From the NCBI GenBank assembly GCA_951406725.2, contig OX597815.1:209746001-209810000 (forward strand): a stretch of 64,000 nt of DNA, in the 5' to 3' direction. This document shows, piece after piece, positions 30,097 through 42,614 of this stretch (positions are counted from its first letter, which is position 1; every line of letters begins with the position of its first letter). This stretch comes from Octopus vulgaris (lineage: Eukaryota). The notes beneath the pieces are model-generated. The model saw only the letters and a list, made by a program, of their open reading frames with translations, was not told where the DNA came from and did no database searches. Both the position numbers and the translations under genes were made by a program.

Positions 30097-30382
30097 ATGG
30101 GAAAAAAAATCAAGGTAGAAAAGGCTAAAATAATTTTATAAAAAACATTTCAGTACCAGTTTCAGTCATGGAGACTTTTTCAATTTTTAGTATGGAAAAC
30201 AATTAAATTTGGAAAAAATTAAAAGAAAAGTTTTAAAAGAAAAGAAAAAAGTTTTCTTTTAATTTTTCCAAAGTTATTTATTTTCCATACTTACAGTTGA
30301 AAAAGTCTCAATGACTGAAACCGGTACTGAAATGTTTTTTATAAGATTATTTTAGCATTTCCTATCTTGACTTTTTTTCCAT
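30097..30382. repeat. Fold-back insert between TA tracts with a minimal hammerhead in each arm
   Basis: Arms of ~135 bp are reverse complements. The hammerhead-like motif is at 30294-30329 (+) and mirrored at 30151-30186 (-). Confidence 0.9.
30294..30329 (+). ncRNA. Minimal type I hammerhead variant (U3:A8 core)
   Basis: CAG-TTGAAAA-AGTC(tcaat)GACT-GAAA-CCGG-TA-CTG, with palindromic stem III ACCGGT and a compensatory U3-A8 pair. Confidence 0.65.
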
Positions 30383-30399
30383 ATATATCAACTCGAGCG

Positions 30400-30640
30400 T
30401 AAGCACAGTTTTGCGCGAGTACCTTCTGCCATCATGTGGTCACATCCATTAATCTCTACTCAAAGAATTCTGATAAAGAAAAAAACTCTTCCATGTGAAA
30501 TTTTATTTCCTCCGCAGAGTCGAACGTTTGTCCATTCGGTAGAGACCGAAGCAGGTGGAACTCCGAAGGCACAATGTCGGGTGAATATGGAGTGTGCGGT
30601 ATAACTTCCACAAGTTCGGAGGAAGTCTTTATCGTCACGG
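30400..30640 (-). mobile_element. Mariner transposase C-terminal remnant
   Basis: EVIPHTPYSPDIVPSEFHLLRSL...FDSAEEIK. Confidence 0.8.
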
Positions 30641-30898
30641 GCCGTCGCTCTTCTAAGGAAAGGATAGAGGAGGAGGAGGAGGAGGAGGAGAAAGAACAAA
30701 TGTGACAGGCGACTACCGTAACACAAAGTTTTCTGTTCGTTTCAACAACGAATATTCCAGTTGTTCTATTGAACTGTTCTCAATATGTACGTGTGTACCT
30801 ACACACACAGCACATATGCAAACACGCGCGCACACATGATTTAAAAAAATTTATACCATATATATATGTATGTGTGTGCGTGTGTAAATTTTTATATA

Positions 30899-31749
30899 CC
30901 GGGTGAAATGGGTAAATTGTCACCATTATGTTTTTGATTTTGCCGAATACCAGTATAACAGCTTCAATTGGAAAAGCGTCCGTGAGAAAAAGAGAACCAT
31001 GACGTATTTCACTCTGCCAGAAATTTAGAAGCGACATGCTGTACTGCTTGTTATTCAGGTCGGAAACTCCAATACGAACATTTCAGAGTTTTGAGTGTCA
31101 ACCTTGGTTCCTTAAACATGTACCGAGAGTGGTAAAAATGAAACCAGTCAACATCATGGTGTTTGGAATGACCAATAGTGATGGCGACGTTATTCCCCCC
31201 ATTCATCTTCCAACACGGCCTCGCACACAACACGAAGGCCGACATCATGTTCCAGAAGGAGGTAGTGCCGTCCTGGCTAAAGACGGTGGCTGCTGGAAAA
31301 ACCTATGTCTGGCAACAGAACTCTCCACTATGCCACACAAGCGGGAGAACCTAGTCATAGCTGTCAGACAATTTCTGCGACCACATCACCCTTAACATCT
31401 GGCCACCTAACTCTCCAGACTGCAACCCCCTACATTATTATGTGTGGGGTGGGGCGCAATTGAGAGAGAGACCAACAGAACTCCTTGTAACAGCAAAGAT
31501 GAACTGAAGCCAAGGATTATGGCAACATTTACCAACTTAATCAAGGAGACCGCCCAGAAGAGTTGCAGGGTATTCCGAAGTCGTCTGGAAGCCGCGGTTG
31601 AAGCTAATGGCGATGTTAATGAATAGATTTAAGCTTTAATATTTCAAGATATTTTTATGTAATTTTGGTAAATATATCTGTTAAAATGAGATGTCAGTGT
31701 TATTCTCCTTTTTGCGTATTTTAGACGACAATTTATTCACCGCACTCTG
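30899..31749 (+). mobile_element. Tc1/mariner (maT/DD37D-like) deletion derivative
   Basis: Imperfect TIRs (GGTAAATTGTC / GACAATTTATT). Remnants read IMVFGMTNSDGDVIPP, WQQNSPLCHTS and IWPPNSPDCNPLHYYVWG. Confidence 0.85.
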
Positions 31750-31754
31750 TGTGC

Positions 31755-31786
<32 letters not shown>

Positions 31787-32099
31787 TGGCATACACACAT
31801 ACACACACACGTGCATGCACACACACACAGTCACACACACATGCATTTGTTTATAGGTTTTTGTGTTCATTGGTGACAAATAACTGAACAAAATCTGTGC
31901 AGTGGCCAAATATGCCTGGCGATACTTAATTCGAACTCTGCTACTTTCCGGCAATGTGTGTTTAATCCTGATACTGGAATCGATATAGCTAACTAAACTT
32001 TGTAGACAGTGTCATTCAATAATGAAAGAATAATAAAATGTCGAGTCAAAAATTGGAACATTGCTTCAATTCAATGTATTAACACTTCACTTTGATTAA

Positions 32100-33560
32100 T
32101 TAAGCGAATACTTTAAGCAAACTACATCCAGATTTTCATGAAAAACATAAATGGAAAAATGCTTCGTAAAGCCTCATACATGAAAAAGTTTATTTCGTCA
32201 ATTTTAGCATCAGACATTTTGCTTCCTACCCGCTCTGTGCATCTGAGTACCTGACCACAGTGGTTTCTTTTCAAAAAAATTATATTAACATTTGCTAGAC
32301 AAAAATTCAACTCATCGATTTGCAAACATTTTCCTCAGTGCATTACAACCACTAATTCACACTTGCTCCTCTGATTGGCATATCATCTACACTCAAATAC
32401 AATTGAAAGCACCCACCTATATCTTCCACAAATCGTTTCTGCTTCTTTGATTCACTTCAGAAATGCTCCAATAAGCCTGACATTTTCCCCAACAGGCTCT
32501 AAACCAAGAGAACTTCATAATTGAAAATCGACCACATCAAGTTTTCTCTAACTGAATAGAAAGCTGGACAAAACACACCGCTGAATTTCTAGGAGCTACT
32601 GTTTTATGAGAGGGCATAATTCCTTTCATGAGTTACACTCTCTTGATGTGGTATTGTTGTCTAAATTACACAGAAGTGTCCTTTATGTAATACACGATAA
32701 TAATCTTTGGAAATATAAGAGAAATCACACATCAATGTAGTCAGATAACAAAAGTATTGATTCAAAGTTGTGACGCTAATATTATGGCTTTTTGGCAGGT
32801 GGAAACTACGCTACTTCAGTCGAGGCGCTTCTTTAAAACATCCTAAATGTATCAATATTTGTAAACGCACAAAAGCTACAAAAGTGATATAATGATTTTA
32901 AGGAATATTGATTCAATGGTGAAATAAGTTCTCATTAAATAATGAAAATAGACTTTTACAACGATACTTAGGAAGTAAATTTTGCTGTATTCTAAGGGCT
33001 GAGTCGGTTATATAGCCAAGTGGGCAAATACAATCATCAACAGATAAATAGAAATACAGAACATTTGGCTGGCAAAGGTAGAACATTTCTCCCTGCAAGT
33101 GAAGCATAACACGATTTCCTTTATTATTCTGAATGTATTCTATTGTTACCGAAATAATTTCCATTTCTTCTGAATGAAGGGTTTACTAATTAAGTCTGTG
33201 GAATTACGTTTGAAGAGTGAAATTAAGTATTATTATTTCCTTTAAGGCTTTCGTCCTGACAATGGCACGTCTCTGAATAGTTTTAATACTTTTAACAAGA
33301 AATTTGGAAGCTTAGCTATTTTACTAAACAGGAAATCAAGACAATAATTGGCAAAACTCCAGAAATATTTGTTTCCTTGTAAGATATAGCCATTAGCCTA
33401 ACAGTGGGAATAGTAATAATCTTGATAGATAATAAACAGTTTTGCACCTTTTCAATCGAAAGACATTTTCCAACCTTCTAGTCCTTAACAACACCTGGAA
33501 TTGGTGGCAATCAGCTGTCCACTTCTGGTTTGTTGTCTGGCTAATCTAATTTAGAAACTG
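32100..33560 (-). pseudogene. Highly degraded LINE (L1/Tx1-like) RT remnant
   Basis: Weak motif ICPLGYITDSALRIQQN (QGCPLS..LAxxIRQN-like); non-microsatellite sequence with many stops. Confidence 0.35.
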
Positions 33561-34339
33561 AGAATGATAAATGAAATTTATTTACTGCTGAATGATACAA
33601 ATCCAATTGTACAAAACAATTAATCATACAATTTTAATGTCCTTATCGTATAAGAAAGGATGCATCCGATTAACTCGTCATTGAACCTGCGGGATTGACG
33701 GGTGATGACCTCAGTCGAATGGTCACATGTCTGAATTAAATATTTGGTACTCTTCTCTTCCTTATCTAGGTAGATGCATGCACAGGTTAGTTAAGACACA
33801 GTTTTAGCTGCTGGCAGTGAAAATTTATTTTAAGTTACTCGATATCAAAATGCCTCAACAGTGTCCATCTAATCGAAAAAGAAAGAAACAAAATAAGGAA
33901 AATCTCAAAATATTTGTCGGAAATAAATTATCTTTATACGATTTTATAAAGATTTAGAACAACTTATTTACTGGGAAAGCAATCATTCAACGTCTACATT
34001 TTTTGCAACGATATAGATGGCAACTTCATTGGCAAGTAATGGAGACTCAACAATGCTTATAGTAAAGCTGAATAAGTTAAGATTTTTGTGACACAGGTTT
34101 TAGTCAGCTATTAATCTTAGTTGCTTTTTCTTTTAAAAAAGAAGATATGTAATGTTTTAGTTTGCATATACCTAAAATAAATTTTCAGCCACACATCACG
34201 ACAGTATATTCACATACACACGCTCATCCGTGCATACACACATTTCATACACAAACACACAGAGACATACACATGTATACTTATGTATTAGTCGTGCACA
34301 CACAAACACGCATGTGAAATGTATTGTGCAATCTACACA

Positions 34340-34467
<128 letters not shown>

Positions 34468-34495
34468 TAGGTAGATAGATAGAGATATAGATATA

Positions 34496-34637
34496 GGCGC
34501 AGGAGTGGCTGTGTGGTAAGAAACTTGCTTCCTAACCACATGGTTCTGGGTTCAGTCCCACTGCGTAGGACCTCGGGAAAGTGTCTTCTGCTATAGCCTC
34601 GGGCCAACCAAAGCCTTGTGAGTGCATTTGGTAGACG
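34496..34637 (+). mobile_element. tRNA-SINE family A head in (TA)n
   Basis: Homologous to the 19350 copy. Confidence 0.9.
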
Positions 34638-34656
34638 GAAGCTGAAAGAACTCCGT

Positions 34657-34723
<67 letters not shown>

Positions 34724-34730
34724 GACATAC

Positions 34731-34787
<57 letters not shown>

Positions 34788-34791
34788 TATC

Positions 34792-34840
<49 letters not shown>

Positions 34841-35544
34841 CATATATATGCATATATACACACATGCATGTACATACCTACATATATTTGTATATATATA
34901 TATGCATATATGGGTACAGGACGTCAAAAAAAAATGTGACCAAAATGAGAAACGAGAACATAAAAAACAAAAGCATGGAAAACGAAATTTTCTCGAATAC
35001 ACGAAAGAAAGAAATAGAGAAGCGAGTCAAGCAACATAAAGAGCATTTCCTTCATCAGGTGTCCCCTGTTTTATCTACTCCGCAAAAGCATCACAAAAAA
35101 CCGTCTCACGTTCTCCTTCGTCAGATAGTTGTGATCAAGACTGCTGCCAGTCTTGATCACAACTGTCCAACAAACGGGAACGTGAAACTCTGGGTCACAT
35201 TTTTTGCGATATTATTGTAGCTTTAATATAAAGGCATATTACACTACCTTCGGTATTCGAGTACTACGTTTTCCACCTTATTTTGCATGTATGTGTTTAC
35301 TTGTGTATATATAAGATATCCATATCTATGGCTTAGACTGGGACGATACTAAGATACGAAATATATCAAGTTTGAGGTTGTAGTTTACTTCATTTTATAA
35401 CCACTGGATTATGTAAATATTTATGTCATTTAACTCTAAATATGTTCTTTTTACACCTATGCAGAACGTATGGTGGTATAGAAAATCACTAGAAGCAGTA
35501 TCGATAATAGCGATAGTTATTTAATTAGCTAACAGTAATATTCT

Positions 35545-35929
35545 TTTATTCTTTTACTTGTTTTAGTCATTTGACTGCAGCCATGCTAGAGCACCACCTT
35601 AAAGGGCTTTAGCCGAACAAATCGACTCTAGGACTTTTGTCTTTAAGCCTAGTACTCACCCTGGCGGTTTCTTTTGCCGAACCCCTAAATTACAGGGACG
35701 TAAACAAACCAACATCGGTTGTCAAGTGGTAGTGGGGGACAAACACAGACACACACACACACATATTCGACGGGCTTTTTTCAGTTTCCGTCGACTAAAT
35801 CAACTCACAAGACTTTGGTCGGTTCGAGGCTATCGTAGAAGACAGTTGCCAGATGTCTCATGCAGTGGGACTGAACCCGGAACCATGTGGTTGGAAGCAA
35901 GCTCCTTACCATACAGCCACGCTTGCGCC
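35545..35929 (-). mobile_element. Full-length tRNA-SINE family A
   Basis: Reverse-complement similarity to both head and tail of 19350-19755. Confidence 0.88.
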
Positions 35930-35987
35930 TATATACATATTGAAATACTGTGTAAATAATATACAAAATTAAAGCCATTTCAGTGTA

Positions 35988-36491
35988 CCGTAAATCCTCG
36001 AGTATATTCCACCCTTCAGTATAATACACAGGGGATTTTTAGGGGGCTGTACCTCTGAAAAACCTAAACCTTGTGTATAATATGCACCCCTTCTCTAACT
36101 TGAGTCAAGGAGGTCTATATAACGTCCTTGGTTTGTAAAAATGTATATGGTAACGTCCTTTATTATTATTGTATATATAACATAATGCAAACGTGTAGCT
36201 TTTTTGTGCAATTTGTTTGCAGAAAATAAAGAAATAACGTTTAATAAATATTGCATTCTGCAAGTTATGGATGATTCTTTTATGACTTCATTGATTCCAG
36301 ACTTAGCTTAAGGTATTTTCGCGCCCGACATCGCAAATTGCGTCTGAATAAAACATTGCCGGATAGCAAATGGACACTCGGACATTGCTTAGAAAATATC
36401 TTTCATTTTTAACCTCGTATATAGTACGCATTAGGGATTTTGACCTTTAAAATTTGGGAAAAAATTGCGGATTATACTCGAGGATTTACGG
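35988..36491. mobile_element. MITE / non-autonomous Tc1-mariner-superfamily (Tc2/pogo-like) element
   Basis: TA|CCGTAAATCCTCGAGTATA ... TATACTCGAGGATTTACGG|TA: perfect 19-bp TIRs with TA TSD. Confidence 0.92.
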
Positions 36492-37229
36492 TACTCTTAT
36501 TCCGTATAAACTTGACGATGGCTAGGCGTATTACAATAAAAAGACAAACGAGCTTCGGAAGTATATTGCTCCATATGATTTGGGTATTTGTTAAACTTAC
36601 TAAATAGACGAATGTTGCTCCAAGAATCAATGACAGCCACATTCGTTGTGAATAATGAATCCCGCAGAAGTTAGTTTACGTTCTGTAGACTGTATTACGT
36701 ATCGTTTTCCCTCATACTTTTCTGCTACTTTCATATCAAAAATCGACTTATGTCCAGAATTTTGGACCATCAAAAATTAACCTCTTCTAACGTGTAATGC
36801 CGAGAGACATTTGTTGTCTTAAAGCAGCTCAGACTTTTAACAGTCTATATTTTCTTTCGGCCAGAGAGCAAGATAAATCGGGCCATAATATTTTGATGTT
36901 TACTTTGGCTACCTTCAAAGAAGAAAGTGAAATCGTTGTAAAATATTTCCTCAGAGGAAGACAGGTCTTCTAAGCGAATCCTAGATTAAATATCTGCGCT
37001 TGTTTAACCACCAGTCACATGTCATTAATTTGATATTTTCCCGAGTGGAATTGCTTCCAATTTTCCGATTTAAAACGGATCTGTGAAAAATTCTCTTGTG
37101 AATATGAAAGCAGTCTTTGGCCAGTGACCAAAGTAATAGTAATATGCTTCATATTATCTAAGCAAACAATTAAGGGTTTGGTGTATACACACGCACATAT
37201 ATAGACACACACATATATAATGAGAGGGA

Positions 37230-37277
<48 letters not shown>

Positions 37278-38914
37278 TAGCGAGAGAGAGATAGCGAGAG
37301 AGATAGCCACTCCTACATACATATACTTATATGTACTCATATCGAAGTATATCTGGTTAACTATTTTATTTTATCTAAATAGCACTCTGTTAGTCAATCA
37401 AACTACAACACAGATAAAATATTCATTCTGCTTCTTATCTACTAACCATCCTGAACTGACTATATTTAATTTTAATGAGTCGATACAAATCGGAGGAACA
37501 AAAGGAAAACAAATCAGGAAACAATACGACTATGCAATTAACCTTTCTTGCAGTTAATTATTGCCTAGATGCAATGAAATCCTTAAGCAGCATTAAAATG
37601 TAATGTAGTTTTCTAAAATTAAATTAGAAATAGATATCGGTTGAGAAATGCAAATTTTAATTTTGAAATGTTTATCGAATGAGAAGAAAAAAGCAGAGGA
37701 AACTACTTTTTTATATTTTATTTGTATTTATTAAATGCAAAGTTTGTAACATGGATGTGGAGTCACAAATATAAGCATGAGGAAACGCACGGAGAACACA
37801 CACATACACGCACACACACACACACACACGTGCCAATATTACATCACATATACGGATGCATTGACATAATACACACACACATGCACCCCCCCACACTCAC
37901 ATATATATATATTTATATTTATATTTATATATATGTATATACACATGAGAAAGAGATAGTAATGATGGGGAAATAGAACACAGAGAAGCAAAAACAAGCA
38001 GAAATAGCAAAAATATTAACACATAGGATTACCAACCTGAATTTTATGAGATATTCTTTATTATCGCAATATTATTTCCATTTAGCAATCGATATTCATA
38101 TTATCTTTGATCAAGAAATATTGGCACAGATCACTGATAGGATATTTATTGATTGAATCTGTGGCAATTTCCATAATATTCTGAAATTTATTATAGCTAT
38201 TTTGCTAATCACTTCAACGGCAGTAACGTTCAGTTGCTATTGAGCAGGAATAAATGGTTATCGACTATTTCATCTGGTGCCGGCTGTCTTCTCAGCTGCT
38301 ATTGTATGTTTCACACATAAAAATATTAGTATATCATCAGTAGATGTATACCTGTTACATAATACGCATGCAATAACATCTCTTACAAATACTACCCTCC
38401 ACTATTTCACGCAAAAATATATTATCTGATTTTGAAGTGGTAAGTTATACCACTTATATATACGTATGTATGTATGTATGTATGTATGCATGGCTTTCAA
38501 AGTACAAAAAGCGACACACATTAACTTAAAGAACAATACAAAAGGAAGAATAAACATATTTATGTATTTTTAAAAGGTTCATTGTGAACTGCGACTTCAG
38601 AGTTTTGGCAAGGATGGTTTACTGCAATGTACTGGAGAAGGCGACTCAGCATAATTGCGCGTCACACACAAACATACTTACAGACATACACACTTACACA
38701 CATACATATAACGTATGTATATATACCGCTACTAATATTAATCTCCTCTATAGAGATTACCTGAAAACTCATTTGTTTGAAATACATCAAAACGAAAGCA
38801 CTTACACGTACGATAGGAAAGCTTCCTGCCAAAGTGTCTGTGGCATTGTGTTCTCACCCATTTCTTTTTATATAGTTAAGAAATTCTATTCTAAGAAGCT
38901 CAATTAGATATCTT

Positions 38915-39120
38915 TTTTCTTTTACTTATTTCAGTCATTAGACTGCGGCCATGCTGGGGCAGTGGTTTGAAGCATTTTTAAAAATCGAATGGATCGGTCA
39001 CAGTATTTAGTTTTTGTTAAGTCTGGTATTTATTCTATCGGCTTCTTTTTGCCGAATCGCAAGGATATGGGGACATAAACAACGGTTTTCAAGCGATGGT
39101 GGGGGAAAACAAAGACACAC
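38915..39120 (-). mobile_element. tRNA-SINE family A 3' part
   Basis: Tail TTTCAGTCATTAGACTGCGGCCATGCTGG. Confidence 0.8.
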
Positions 39121-39387
39121 ACACAGAGGCGCACACACACAGGTACACATAAACAGAAGCACGCACACACACAAATACACACACATACACCAGCATATAT
39201 ACATACATATACATACATACATATATATATACACACGCATACATGTATGTATATATGTATGTATGTATGTATGTATGTGGGCATGCAAATATATATAGAA
39301 TGAAGCTTATAAGCAATCCCTTGTTATAATTATGTATATAATTCTTATAAGATATACATACACATATGTATATATATGCATACATAT

Positions 39388-39449
<62 letters not shown>

Positions 39450-39459
39450 GCATATATAT

Positions 39460-39494
<35 letters not shown>

Positions 39495-39495
39495 C

Positions 39496-39526
<31 letters not shown>

Positions 39527-39679
39527 CCAATTAAGGACTGAACATGAAAAGTGGACAGTCAACATGCTAGATATAGACGTCAAGTCGCCATTCTCCACAA
39601 AAAGTCTATGTTCTCAGATCAAACTCAACACAAAACCAAAGCAATAAACAAGTGAAAAATATACGAAATAAATATTTAC

Positions 39680-39745
39680 CCATGTACTAAATTTAGTTTC
39701 GGTTGTTATTTTCCGCAAGGAAAAGTGCAACCATCATCAGCATGG
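39680..39745 (-). ncRNA. Type I hammerhead ribozyme (507-bp family, copy 1)
   Basis: Minus strand reads CCATG-CTGATGA-T-GGTTG(cacTTTTCCttgcGGAAAAtaa)CAACC-GAAA-CTAAATTTAG-TA-CATGG; all three stems pair and the triplet is GUA. Confidence 0.9.
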
Positions 39746-40186
39746 TCCCATATAAAATGCGATTTGCTATACTAAATGCCAACACGATACCGAAATATCG
39801 CGTGCATGGAGTACGGCCTATTACATTTGAAATATATATTTCAAATGTCTCTACTTCGCGATGAGACCCGAGAAAACTAGCCTGCAGCTAATAGTTAGCA
39901 GCAGTTAATTTATCGGTTAGAGAACAAATATTTATATAAAATTAAATTTAGGGTAAAAATTGATATTTATCAATTAGAACCAGTGGTCTAGCATATTAAA
40001 GAAAGAATCCGAAGATTAAAATATTTATATATACCAATTAAGGACTGAACACGAAAAGTGGACAGTCAACATGCTAGATATAGACGTCAAATCTCCATTC
40101 TCCACAAAAAGTCTATCTTCTCAGATCAAACTCAACACAAAACCAAAGCAATAAACAAATGAAAAATATACGAAATAAATATTTAC

Positions 40187-40252
40187 CCATGTACTAAATT
40201 TAGTTTCGGTTGTTATTTTCCGCAAGGAAAAGTGCAACCATCATCAGCATGG
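40187..40252 (-). ncRNA. Type I hammerhead ribozyme (507-bp family, copy 2)
   Basis: Identical to 39680-39745, 507 bp away. Confidence 0.9.
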
Positions 40253-40897
40253 TCCCATATAAAATGAAAATTATATATATATATATATACATACATATAT
40301 ATATATACATACATATATATATATATACATGTATGTATATGTATGCATATATATACATATGTGTATGTATATCTTATAAGAATTATATACATAATTATAA
40401 CAAGGGATTGCTTATAAGCTTCATTCTATATATATATTTGCATGCCCACATACATACATATATATACATACATACATACATACATACATACATACATGTA
40501 TGCGAGTGTAGGCGGGGTTGTATTGTGTATGTGCTTTAGCAACCAAGTTAGAAACGCGTGTACTCAATATGAAATGCATTATCATGTTTACTGGAAGTCG
40601 ATAACTTATCTAATCTCTGATCCTACTTTCTTGTTTTCAATGTATAACATTATTCGTCTATGATTATAAATACTAATTAAACTGAATCATTATTTACCAT
40701 ATTATGTAGAAATGCTTTGCAATATCCTGAATTCTGTGAACGATGCAAGAAGTGGCCGTCCAGCCACATCCCGATCAGCGGAGTATGTGGCAACAGTGCA
40801 GGAAATGTTTAATCACAGGTGGTTAAAGTGGACTAACAAGACACACAATGATATCTCAGGTGACGTACCTCAGAAAGTTATTCGTTCCATCGCTGGC

Positions 40898-41040
40898 TGA
40901 TTTCAGTTTCCATCTACCAGATCCACTCACTAGGTTTTAGTCGGCCCGAAACTATAGTAGAAGACGCTTGCCCAAGGTGCCACGCAGTGAGACTGAATCC
41001 GGAACCAAGTGAATCTGAAGTAGGCTTCTTACCTCAAAGC
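40898..41040 (-). mobile_element. tRNA-SINE family A head
   Basis: Reverse-complement similarity to the 19350 copy. Confidence 0.8.
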
Positions 41041-41270
41041 CAATATTTTTCCGAAACTTTTAAATAACTGTTAATCTTTTTTTCTATTAAAGATAGAACA
41101 TAATTCTGTACTTGGCGATGTATTGCACGAACACTTCACTTTAAAGTTTGACTGTTTTTATTAATAATTCTGTAAGGATGCCTTGTGACGAGATTTGTTA
41201 GACGGAAGCTGAAAGACTGTCGTGTATTCATATGTATATATATATATATATATATAAAATAAATAAATAA

Positions 41271-41329
<59 letters not shown>

Positions 41330-42042
41330 TATATGCACACACTATACTATTTGTATGTATATACTTGCTTTAGCTAATGGAGTGTGCGTGTGTGGTATGG
41401 TGATGGTGGATCGTGGTGGTGGAGGTGGGGCGAATGCATGTATATTCTTGTCTTTACATTATGGCCAATCAAACATAATCTAAAATTTCGTCCTGGCGTT
41501 CTGGTACAAGTGTACTTTAGTGTATTATATTACAAACTTAGTCAACCAAATATATATACACAGTCATAGAGAAATATGAGTACGCACCTAGATATGCACG
41601 TGCACATGCTCACATATATGTACACGAGCACACATGCACAGGCATACTTGTGCACAGGCACACACACGCATACGCATGCATATATATATACATGTGTGTT
41701 TGTGTTTTCTGAAATAGTCGTACAGCTAATTATTAGACATTACAGATTATCACTGAAATTGTGATTTGTGAGTTTATTATGTTGAGCAAATAATCATTAA
41801 TATATCACATTAAATATCGCATTTGTCTCAGCTCAAGAGAATTGGTCTATCGAAAATATTTTATGATTTTCTGACATATCTATTTCCACGTCTCCCTTTG
41901 TCAATGCCTCTGTTACAACTAATTCCAGTAATTATTTTATTTTTGTAGGATGCATTATTCATCCCATTCTAGCTCGTGTTCAAAAATCTTTAGCATATAA
42001 CAAGGTTGTACCCATTTTGCTGTTCATATATCGAATGCTTTA

Positions 42043-42614
42043 AGGCGGCGGGCTGGCAGAAACGATAGCACGCCGGGCGAAATGCCTAGCAGTATTTCGT
42101 CTGCCGCTACGTTCTGAGTTCAAATTCCGCCGAGGTCGACTTTGCTTTTCATCCTTTCGGGGTCGATTAAAAATATACACGTTACGCACGGGGGTCGATA
42201 AATTAAGTACCAGTTACGCACTGCAGTCGATCTAATCGACTTAATCTCTTGTTTGTCCCCTCTATGTTTAGCCCCTTGTGGGCAATAAGGAAATAAGAGC
42301 CGAGGTCAACTTTGCCTTTCATCCTTTCGGGGTCGATTAAATAAATACCAGCTACGCACTGGGGTTGATACAATCGACTTAATCCGTTTGTCTCTCCTTG
42401 TTTGTCCTCTCTGTGTTTAGCCCCTTGTGGGCAGTAAAGAAATAGATATTTCGTCTGTCTTTACGTTCTGAGTTCAAATTCTGCCGAAGTCGACTTTGCC
42501 TTTTATCCTTTCCGGGTAGAGAAATTACGTAGCAGTTGCGTACTGGGGTCGATATAATCGACAGACCCCCTCCCCAAAAGTTTTGAGTCTTGTACCTAGA
42601 GTAGGAAAGATTAT
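42043..42614 (+). mobile_element. tRNA-SINE family B with tandem re-iterated 3' modules
   Basis: The head GGCGGCGGGCTGGCAGAAACG is followed by three iterations of GTCGACTTTGCCTTTCATCCTTTCGGGGTCGA...GGGGTCGAT. Confidence 0.88.

Larger units (their letters stand above)
39527..40266 (-). mobile_element. Retrozyme/pLTR-like element: 1.46 copies of a 507-bp unit, with 233-bp direct repeats each carrying a hammerhead
   Basis: 39527-39759 is nearly identical to 40034-40266. Both ends abut (TA)n and there is no meaningful ORF. Confidence 0.88.

Noticed and set aside
38300-38343. Minus-strand CTGATGA..GAAA-CA-TA motif
   Set aside because: Stem I does not pair, so it is at best an old decayed copy.
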